Shown one piece after another: positions 52,801-62,500 of a stretch of 64,000 bases of DNA. The stretch comes from Convolutriloba macropyga. Taxonomy: Eukaryota. Both the position numbers and the translations under genes were made by a program. How positions within the stretch are numbered: position 1 is the first letter of the stretch; each line of letters starts with the position of its first letter. Where the stretch lies: assembly GCF_964194025.1 (NCBI RefSeq), contig NC_134469.1, forward strand, positions 16,616,001-16,680,000, given 5' to 3'. The notes below the pieces were generated by a model. That model saw only the letters and a program-made list of their open reading frames with translations. It was not told where the DNA came from and ran no database searches.

Positions 52801-53153
52801 AAAATTTGAACTTTGATAGCTTGATTTTTGAGTATCAACAGCTGTATGTTAGTGATCAAGTTACTCCATTTTCGTGAGGACGAATCGTCGTCTAAGATCA
52901 TTTCTTCAAGCAAATTAGTCAAAACTATCTCTAAGCCATTCGTAGAAGATTTTGATTGTAAAAGATTAGGAGTAGAAGCAGCAGAGCTTTGAGATTGTTT
53001 ATCTTCGTTTCTCTCGTCGGGTTGTGCAGTACTCTCTGGTCGCAATAGAGCGCGCTCGAGAATGTGTACACAATATGGCTGTAGCAGGCAGTTGGCTATT
53101 AAATCGTATCTTGGCTCTCGCAGATCGGGATCGAGGCACATGGCTGATTCCGA
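49803..53153 (-). CDS. MED23: Mediator complex subunit 23, large terminal coding exon (5' exons not found in the window)
   Basis: 1112-aa ORF. The motifs PTYFSNLCVRFVPVFELVVTRFLEI, FNWEMEEFTSVASHVIYSVCLEILCLP, MIWEYNVMPIDRFIVAFMLR and VKTEQQLLLYCHLLAPFF correspond to MED23 blocks (PIYFGNVCLRFLPVFDIVIHRFLEL, DWRFNEFPNPAAHALHVTCVELMAL). Acceptor ttttag at 53154-53155, phase 0. Confidence 0.9.
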   Translation of the reverse strand, partial: SESAMCLDPDLREPRYDLIANCLLQPYCVHILERALLRPESTAQPDERNEDKQSQSSAASTPNLLQSKSSTNGLEIVLTNLLEEMILDDDSSSRKWSNLITNIQLLILKNQAIKVQIFMNAVVNALKRTQPKIKLGVNARKLYFMLVSFVTIVTLNPTIQIGEETLNRLIEIDEALSGSCSMSCFDLDSASLEDLSRAILWFKLKARTLALNHNDVDFPRELQFAQNDVQAAFQSMNKEMKVSLFVKLLNFSNYNDPQSNQMQKRLIAEFLNSPSQTHVKLIGNVMACGQMEPIDFKSLSNLTMALRIVLFQQFSTHWKQLMPQFEKPVVPGGPLVLFPSPAFVETYGRLFMDTFFDTFYQPAISLDSVIQAANQNNAHRTILVCAEIFVNLLPRANMSYFFAFCSHCIHLTKNRLKYSECTQFHLSLESALIQMMSCFGVKNFIAIVEKYNSTNNIANLISPDNEDYNKLFMLNVARCMHIAGVDCFDKSYKSFFDLIQGKTPHMLAHHMLHNMPAQLIALYQNQPFFQPEVNQKLKQDVENEYHNFLKLLNRPNNEVLGYISQMKGHYFLCFFYKLLLSEDNQFKPPPLICAAILEQIGPRNLTKHIQTFCDLVNYEILTNGQKGSSKFIDVISKMIWEYNVMPIDRFIVAFMLRPFGQKDDQVALFAVHLLLQASHELKERITFFCDLVDKTNINDPEISGGWFANWQYPYIQKYEEKFHYDGIYRAHNVENQNKFFFPTYFSNLCVRFVPVFELVVTRFLEIPLVFKHLPSLLGNYGRIFRLHKLPITFLYKTVAYYKKVIEPEGARLLIMTVFEAFKSVKPAEWLVSEEFLENARSSDTFKLWNPATSYLNSLIEKLSQAVFTPSKCEPFCRFNWEMEEFTSVASHVIYSVCLEILCLPNMVPVTVVGHLFELAFNIESDAFNKFQRLNIVSLILNHLPPIYYSCIETSVLDVMNSSMLRQIPPDEVLELCVCKDMKFNEISSTILKAQYLYYHANTSHLNLARQFLSDQVKPMVKTEQQLLLYCHLLAPFFLIYSDNKPVQKQLYSDVIELMPVVAEGKPNNQRTLICEDLFVDLLYFGKYTCIGDDLKPLVDKNSLLCGQLMPKKMKFF

Positions 53154-53484
53154 CTAAAATAAGAAATCACAAATTATACTCTGCAGGAATCTAGTAATCA
53201 GTCCAATCAATATTTCAAAAAAAAATGAACATCTCCACGCCTGATTCTAAGCATTATAAAAAATTGTCTACCAAGCTCCAGAACGAGCAATATCATATTT
53301 AAAGTTTTGATAAGACTTAACCACGTGGTGCACCTCAGTTAGAAGAAAAAGCCCGAAAAACATTTTGTATAATACTTGTACACCATTTTTTCCTTGCCGA
53401 ATTGACCACCTAATCGTCTAGAGTTTATATTCATCAACAGATGACATTCCATTGTTCGTTTACTACAATATTGACATACTTAAC

Positions 53485-55498
53485 AACACAGCTGGTAGAT
53501 TGCCAGGAAATAGCCGCGATAGCTTCGTAGAAGTGCAGTCTCAAAAATGTAAAAATAGCTTGCAGATTGGCAAAAAATAGCCGCAATAGCTTGGTAGATC
53601 TGTAGTCTCGAAAAAAACAGTAAAAAAGACATACCGAAAAAAATAGTCTTTTCATTGAAGGCTGATATATTACATTTTGATTAAAAATCTGCATAAGTTT
53701 TTGCTGCCTCTATTAGCTGCTTGCTCTCAAATTTAGAGTGGCACACACCCATTTGACCTTATCTCTGAATTAAAGTAAATAAAAGTCAATTTCAAAGTGA
53801 GGAAGTCATTTTTGTGAGTAAGGTAAGTCAAGTGTGACCAAAAATTTATTCACGCGAACGAACAAAGAAACTCGCCCAACAAAGAGTGAAAAAAGACGTC
53901 ACGCACGCATTTCAGTTGAAATTGCATGAACGAGTGAACAAAAAGCAGATTTAAAGTGGTTGTGACGTCATATGGTCTAACAAAAATCGCGACGAAATAA
54001 AAAAAACATAGCAGGACAAGTCCTAAAATACAATTCAAAGAATTGAAGGAAAACCTTGGATGTACTCTACCTGACCAGTAGATCAATTGAACAATGCCAA
54101 CTAAAACACAAACAAAATCACATCATAAAATTGAGAAACTAAAACAATCAAACAAACTAAACAAAAAGATACTCATTGCTAAAACTATTGAAGCACTTAC
54201 CCCTAATGCAAAATTTGATCCCTTTAAATATAACTATTTCAAAAATGTATTCAAAACTAATTTTTGTTTGCTAAATCGGTCCAGTATTATATCTGCAATA
54301 ACTGAAAAAAATTTATTGGTCCTTGAAGATCGATTAACTCGAAAATGACCGAAAATTCAAAAAAAATGAAGTCAATTGCAAATTTTAATGAAATGTTACT
54401 GAAATCGTAACAAAATATCTTCAGAATCAATTCTTTGTCTCTAGAGGCTATCCGGTTACCCAATTCCAAGCCTGAAAAAATTCATTGGCTCAAAGACCGA
54501 TAGGCAAAAATTTTTAAAATTTCAAAAAATAATATTTGTTCTATTAATATGTCGAAAACCATTCAACTGCCCCTGGCAACTAATTAATAACATACTATCA
54601 AAACATGGATGAGGTTACCTGGCTACTGAGGTAAGAAAAACTTAATAAAAGGCAAATGTTTTAAAACTTGAAAAAAGTTGCAGCAATTTTCATCAAAAAA
54701 TATCTAAAATTCGAAAGGCTAAATTGTTGAAAACAAATCCATTGAATATAACAGCCATGCAGTAACTTTCATCCGACCGTGGAATAGGTATTGTGGCAAT
54801 TGAGAATGGACAAATATCAAAAATTTACGAAAAATTTAGAAAACCTTGAAAAAATTGCAATTTTAACAAAAAAAATGCTAAAATTCGAGATATTAAAATG
54901 AAAACCAATCCATTGTTACTAGAAACTATGCAGTGTCTATTATCAAACCTTAAAGGAGATTCCCTGGCCCCTGAAGCTGGAAAAACTCAAAAAATGACAA
55001 ATTTTCAAAAAAAAACTTGAAAGAGCTTGCAAATATTCGTATCATTTTGCGTGTTTGTGTTTGTAGTACCAAAACATATAGCACATAAAACGGACATTAA
55101 AAGTAATTTTGTCTCGCAAAAGGCCTTTACCAACTTTTAAAATTTTCAACCTAAGACTAATCAAACAAATACTCAAAATCACAAAATTTGAAAAATTGCA
55201 GCATTTTGAGCCCCAAAACTCCTAAAAATGACTTTTTAACCTTAAATTAAGGCCATCTCAGCAGATGCACCAGTCTAAGCACTTGAAGGACTAATAAAGC
55301 CCACTTAAGGCCTCTAACGTAACTTAATGCCCGCTGGGCTTTACCTGTTTAATCCCGTTTTGAAAGATCAAAGTCATTGAAAAATGTGTGAACACATCTT
55401 CAAAAAAAATACAGCGCCCCAATACCATTCAAAGACTTTGAATTGTAAAAAAACAAGAGAAGGCTAATAATAACCCCAGCTATCGCTATGTGGCCATT
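53485..55498 (-). mobile_element. Family-1 element with nested family 2 (54004-55447)
   Basis: The uninterrupted relative at 59097-59598 shows gacgaattaaaaaaaaccaagagaaggcc at the position occupied here by the insert. Confidence 0.75.
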
Positions 55499-56289
55499 AA
55501 TAAAACAGAACAGAAAATTCAGTTTCTTTGCTAAATGTTGAGATGCCATTTTGGTTTCTAAAAAGTTGCATAAAAATAGCGTGACACAATCGCTTGACTT
55601 TATCTCCTTCAATAAAAGTAAGCATTAAAGTCTCCTTGAGAGTGAAAAGCGTCATTTTTAGATCAGGAACACAAGAAATCGCTCCAGTAGGAGATCATGA
55701 AATGAATGAACAAAAAGCAGATTCGGGGGAGCGTGACGTCAAATGGCCCTAAAAAATCTTCACGACCAAATAAAACATAGCAGGGCAACTCCTCAATTAC
55801 AATCCAAAGAATTAATTAAATAATGATCTGAACGTCAACATTTTACCAGAAACAACAAACTCTACCGGTCAACAAAGCACCTGATTCTAAATGCTCAAAA
55901 ACAGACAATTAAATATTTTACGAGAAATAGTGTGTTGCAAAAATCATTTAAAAACAACGCTTCATGTATCGGCACTACGCATCCGCAGTATGCGTACATC
56001 ATCCAAAAACCCAGCCTACGTCAATTTTTGAAAAAAAAGTTCCACAGCCATGAAAACCTCCGATTTGAACTCAAGCCAATTATTAAGTTCATGTAGCCTC
56101 ATTAGCAACCGACGAGACAGTCCCTAAATGAGAAAAATGGATGAAACATCAAAATGAACACTAGCAAAAATAAAATATTTTTTTGTAGCAATAAATATTC
56201 AAACTAACATATTTTTCGCTTTTTTATTAAGCCAGCTTGCCTGATTTCACCACTCTAATTTGACTTCTCACTGAGATCAGAAAGTCGAA

Positions 56290-56832
56290 AACATACCCGG
56301 CAGATTGCCGGAAAATAGCCGCCATTGATTCCAATAAGCATGATTGGGATTGAAAGAATAGAAGATATTGAAAAAAAAAGATTTTTGTACAAAAACATTT
56401 TTTAAGTCCGATTTATTTTGATGGCATTTCGTAGTTGAAGATAACGTACTTCTGTTTCTTAGAGAGAGGCTACATGGGCTACTATCAATACCAATAAGCA
56501 TTAGAGATGGTAACTAAGACTTATAGGAACGACGTTCAAATAGCGGGCATCTAAAATTGGGCTTTATGGGTTTATCCCGTTTCTACTTCTGACTTCAATT
56601 TTTTATACTGACTCTGTTCATTTTGAATTGCTTTGCTGAGCAACTGATGTTCAAAATCACTTTTAGCAGAATGAGAGAAGAGAGAAACTAGTCTAGAGAA
56701 GTCAAAAAGATATCACGCAAAATGTTGAAAAAGCGGCAAAATGAGGTAAAGCGAAAAATTTTTTTATTCGACGAAGTAAAAAAAAAAATAGGAGCGCTAT
56801 AATAGCCGGCTGAGAAGATGAGGCGGCTATTA
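56290..56832 (-). mobile_element. Complete non-autonomous Helentron/HINE-like element, family 1 (~543 bp)
   Basis: On + it starts aaacatac-CCGGCA gat TGCCGG (hairpin)-aa-AATAGCCGC and ends AATAGCCG-gctgagaagatgag-GCGGCTATT (palindromic subTIR). Empty paralogous sites gtcgaaaaaagg at ~59960 and ~61856 show a clean insertion into an A-run with no TSD. Confidence 0.85.
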
Positions 56833-58876
56833 AAAAGGAAATGAACTTACAGACAACGCCATTAGACAAGTCCCGATATACAATTCAAAGAATTGAACAA
56901 TGAGACCACCTGACCATCGCTTCACTAGAAAAGCAGTCCTTGGTAGTCAAAAGAGACTATAAAAACACAAAAATCTAAGCAAATAACACTTGAAAATGTT
57001 AGAAAACAAAACTATCTATGAAAACAATGCGTAAAACAACTTTTACAAGTACAACCGGTCCAATATAAAACTAAAGGCTACGTACTGAAATCCTGAACTT
57101 TTTTCAACTTTGCATAAACGAGGTAAGCCCATGTCACTATGTCATAAGTAAGTACGAAGACAAAGTAACAAAACAAGAACGCAAAGCTCAAAATATCTAC
57201 TTTTGAGAACAAATAGTTGACATTAAAACCGTTTTCATAAAAACTAGAAACCCGTATACAATTTCAAATAAGCCTTAAGAGAGGCTTGAGAACTTCATTT
57301 AATGAGAAACAGCGGCCGGACAACAACCGATTACAACAAAAAAGCAGTAAAACTATCTGACAGAAGTCGTTTCAGAGTCGCCACAAACGTTAAAGAAGAA
57401 ATTGAACTATTAAAAAGCTTCAATTATGCTTCATTTGCAGCAAAAAGACCTGCAATTGACGAAGCTAAGTATATAACAAAAAGAAGTATATAACAAAAAG
57501 AATTACAAAAACAGGCAAAACTGTAAAATCACTGATAGTTTTTGAAGACAAAGTCAAGTTATAAACATAAGAAATGAATAGAAAAAATTAAATATCTTCA
57601 ATTATACCTATTTAGAGAGCCAAGGAGACCATTCATATCCTAGACTAAGAAGCAGGACAACAAAAAAGCCTAAAAATGGCAAAAAAGGTATATACCATTT
57701 ATGAAAAAATGTGGTCAAATTAGTAGTACGATAAAATACTTTTCTATCTTCAAGACCAGAAACTTAAAAATTTATTTGCACACCAAGTTAAACGCAGAAA
57801 AAAAATCAACGCCTAAGACTGCACACTTTTTCGCTCTTTTTATTACGTCGGTGCGACGAAAATAACCAATACAAATTGAATTTGATCACCGCAATTTGAC
57901 TTCAGTAAACTGTTGCATAAGAAAATATAGCCGCAAGACTATGAAAATTAACTATGACTAGAATTTCACTCTAGTCTCATTAAATGAAACAAATCAATTA
58001 TACAAACGAAATCAACTGCTGACCATTACGAAAAAAAAACATGAGAAGAAGACTGACAACCTTTAAAAACTTTTCACCAGTTGCGATTCCTAGGAAAGCA
58101 GTTGTAACAGTGTTAATTGAGCAACAGACAAATGAGACAAATTAAAAAGCTGCAGTTGATAAAGAGAAAAAGAGTTGAAAATAATTCAAAAACTGCTAAC
58201 ATTTTACATAATCTCTACAAAATTCTACGTCCAAACAATCGTTCTATAAGGACTTGAAAAACTGACTGTTCCATCAATGACCCACTCAAAACCCAATAAA
58301 CACGCACTAGTCCACTCAAATAGGCAAAAAGCAAAATCCTAAAAAAAATTTCAAATTGTTTCATGTAGCAGTGAAAACAGCCCCATCTAACAATCAAGCG
58401 CTTCTTCATAGTAAAAAAAATCTCGAAAAAAAAACTTTTCTCTAGAAAAAATCTAAAAGAATGAATAAGATAAACTATATCAAAAGTCTAAAACAAGAAA
58501 TAGGCGAATATTAAACCACAAAGAAAAGGGTTAAACTTCAATTCTTTCCGCTTTTAAAAACAGTCAAAATTAACACCGATAAACCAAAAACGTAACTATA
58601 AAATATCAAATTCGGCCTTTAGCCAGGGCATTAACATAGTCTTACCAAATTATAAATCAGGTCAAACAATTGGGAAATCGGATAAAACGGCAAAATGACG
58701 AAAACAGCCCAAAATTGTATAACAGCCGGCAGATTGCCGGAATAGCTGCAAAGGAATTGACTAGCGTGCCGTAAAATACAGAGAAACAGAATTGGAAAAA
58801 GTTATCTCGGCCAACTGTTATTCAAAGGGGTGTACATTTGAGAACAATTTTGGATGCAAAATTTTTAACGAAGCAA

Positions 58877-58939
58877 AGGTTCCAACCCCCAACTCCCGGC
58901 GTAAGAACCGGTTGCATTAACCACTAGGCTACATGTCCC
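58877..58939 (-). other. Degenerate tRNA-like segment (SINE head or tRNA pseudogene); second copy at 63903-63965
   Basis: The minus strand reads gtagcctagtggttaa (A box) ... ccgg-ttcttacg-ccgg stem-loop ... ggttggaacc (B box with 1 mismatch); the acceptor stem does not pair. Confidence 0.4.
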
Positions 58940-59096
58940 TTATGCTCTCTTTTATTACCAGCACCTTTGTTTTAGCAACAGACATAAATTCTGAATGCGA
59001 GCATTTTAGGTCACGCGAAAAGCGAGAAATCAAGCGTGAAAAAATGACTTAAAACGTGAAGCGAAAGAATGTTCTAGAACAAACTGTAACACAAAA

Positions 59097-59598
59097 AAAC
59101 ATAGCTGGCAGATTGCCAGAAAATAGACACAATAGATTCGTAGATCGGCAGTCTAAAAAAACAGTAAAAAGGACAGACCAAAAAAATGCGTCTCTTCATT
59201 TAAGGCTGATCTCTTATATTTTGATTAAAAATCTGTATAATTTATTGCTGCCTTTATCAGCTGATCTCAATTAACCTTCATTTAGAGTGACACACACCCA
59301 TTTGACCTTATCTCTTTGAATCAAAGTAAATAAAAGTCAATTTCAAAGTGAGGAAGTCATTTTTGAGAGTGAGGTAAGTCAAGTGTGACCAATGTTTAAT
59401 CACGCGAATCAACAAAAAATCTTGCTCAACTAAGAGCGAGAAATGACGTCACGCATGCAATTCAGTTGAAGTTGCATGATGAACGAATGAACAAAAAGTG
59501 GCTGTGACGTCATATGGTCGTAACGAAAATCATGACGACGAATTAAAAAAAACCAAGAGAAGGCCAACAATAGCCCCAGCTATAGCTGTGCGGCTATT
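59097..59598 (-). mobile_element. Un-nested family-1 element (second subfamily, ~500 bp)
   Basis: aaacatag-CTGGCA gat TGCCAG-aaaatag... through aatagccccagctatagctgtgcggctatt. Confidence 0.78.
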
Positions 59599-62500
59599 AA
59601 AAAGACGACAAAACAAAAAGAAACCAAGAGCACCGCAATATAGCTCCGCTCAGCTTCACAGCTATAAAAAAAGTCAAATATTAACTACATATGGTCAAAG
59701 ATGCAACATACAATTACTGGTTAACATAAATGAGAAAACCCGCTTTGAGAGATACAAGTAGAGTTGAAGCTCAAAAGATGTTTTGAAAATAACGCCCCTA
59801 AGCAAAAAAAATTGTAAAAAAACATCAAAATGAACACTAGCAAAAATGAAATATTTTTTTGTAGCAATAAATATTCAAACTAACATCTTTTTCGCTTTTT
59901 TATTAAGCCAGCTTGCCTGATTTCACCACTCTAATTTGACTTCTCACTGAGATCAGAAAGTCGAAAAAAGGAAATGAACTTACAGACAACGCCATTAGAC
60001 AAGTCCCGATATACAATTCAAAGAATTGAACAATGAGACCACCTGACCATCGCTTCACTAGAAAAGCAGTCCTTGGTAGTCAAAAGAGACTATAAAAACA
60101 CAAAAATCTAAGCAAATAACACTTGAAAATGTTAGAAAACAAAACTATCTATGAAAACAATGCGTAAAACAACTTTTACAAGTACAAGCGGTCCAATATA
60201 AAACTAAAGGCTACGTACTGATATCCTGAACTTTTTTCAACTTTGCATAAACGAGGTAAGCCCATGTCACTATGTCATAAGTAAGTACGAAGACAAAGTA
60301 ACAAAACAAGAACGCAAAGCTCAAAATATCTACTTTTGAGAACAAATAGTTGACATTAAAACCGTTTTCATAAAAACTAGAAACCCGTATACAATTTCAA
60401 ATAAGCCTTAAGAGAGGCTTGAGAACTTCATTTAATGAGAAACAGCGGCCAGACAACAACCGATTACAACAAAAAAGCAGTAAAACTATCTGACAGAAGT
60501 CGTTTCAGAGTCGCCACAAACGTTAAAGAAGAAATTGAACTATTAAAAAGCTTCAATTATGCTTCATTTGCAGCAAAAAGACCTGCAATTGACGAAGCTA
60601 AGTATATAACAAAAAGAAGTATATAACAAAAAGAATTACAAAAACAGGCAAAACTGTAAAATAACTGATAGTTTTTAAAGACAAAGTCAAGTTATAAACA
60701 TTAGAAATGAATAGAAAAAATTAAATATCTTCAATTATACCTATTTAGAGAGCCAAGGAGACCATTCATATCCTAGACTAAGAAGCAGGACAACAAAAAA
60801 GCCTAAAAATGGCAAAAAAGGTATATGCCATTTATGAAAAAATGTGGTCAAATTAGTAGTACGATAAAATACTTTTCTATCTTCAAGACCAGAAACTTAA
60901 AAATTTATTTGCACACCAAGTTAAACGCAGAAAAAAAATCAACGCCTAAGACTACACACTTTTTCGCTCTTTTTATTACGTCGGTGCGACGAAAATAACC
61001 AATACAAATTGAATGTGATCACCGCAATTTGACTTCAGTAAACTGTTGCATAAGAAAATATAGCCGCAAGACTATGAAAATTAACTATGACTAGAATTTC
61101 ACTCTAGTCTCACTAAATGAAACAAATCAATTATACAAACGAAATCAACTGCTGACCATTACGAAAAAAAACATGAGAAGAAGACTGACAACCTTTAAAA
61201 ACTTTTCACCAGTTGCGATTCCTAGGAAAGCAGTTGTAACAGTGTTAATTGAGCAACAGACAAATGAGACAAATTAAAAAGCTGCAGTTGATAAAGAGAA
61301 AAAGAGTTGAAAATAATTCAAAAACTGCTAACATTTTACATAATCTCTACAAAATTCTACGTCCAAACAATCGTTCTATAAGGACTTGAAAAACTGACTG
61401 TTCCATCAATGACCCACTCAAAACCCAATAAACACGCACTAGTCCACTCAAATAGGCAAAAAGCAAAATCCTAAAAAAAATTTCAAATTGTTTCATGTAG
61501 CAGTGAAAACAGCCCCATCTAACAATCAAGCGCTTCTTCATAGTAAAAAAAATCTCGAAAAAAAACTTTTCTCTAGAAAAAATCTAAAAGAACGAATAAG
61601 ATAAACTATATCAACTATATCATAAATGAGAAAACCCGCTTTGAGAGATACAAGTAGAGTTGAAGCTCAAAAGATGTTTTGAAAATAACGCCCCTAAGCA
61701 AAAAAAATTGTAAAAAAACATCAAAATGAACACTAGCAAAAATGAAAAATTTTTTTGTAGCAATAAATATTCAAACTAACATCTTTTTCGCTTTTTTATT
61801 AAGCCAGCTTGCCTGATTTCAACACTCTAATTTGACTTCTCACTGAGATCAGAAAGTCGAAAAAAGGAAATGAACTTACAGACAACGCCATTAGACAAGT
61901 CCCGATATACAATTCAAAGAATTGAACAATGAGACCACCTGACCATCGCTTCACTAGAAAAGCAGTCCTTGGTAGTCAAAAGAGACTATAAAAACACAAA
62001 AATCTAAGCAAATAACACTTGAAAATGTTAGAAAACAAAACTATCTATGAAAACAATGCGTAAAACAACTTTTACAAGTACAACCGGTCCAATATAAAAC
62101 TAAAGGCTACGTACTGAAATCCTGAACTTTTTTCAACTTTGCATAAACGAGGTAAGCCCATGTCACTATGTCATAAGTAAGTACGAAGACAAAGTAACAA
62201 AACAAGAACGCAAAGCTCAAAATATCAACTTTTGAGAACAAATAGTTGACATTAAAACCGTTTTCATAAAAACTAGAAACCCGTATACAATTTCAAATAA
62301 GCCTTAAGAGAGGCTTGAGAACTTCATTTAATGAGAAACAGCGGCCAGACAACAACCGATTACAACAAAAAAGCAGTAAAACTATCTGACAGAAGTCGTT
62401 TCAGAGTCGCCACAAACGTTAAAGAAGAAATTGAACTATTAAAAAGCTTCAATTATGCTTCATTTGCAGCAAAAAGACCTGCAATTGACGAAGCTAAGTA

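Noticed and set aside
8792-53153. Operon or functional cluster of HP1, SHMT, La and MED23
   Set aside because: Intergenic gaps are 4-7 kb and repeat-filled, the functions are unrelated, and four co-oriented genes can occur by chance.
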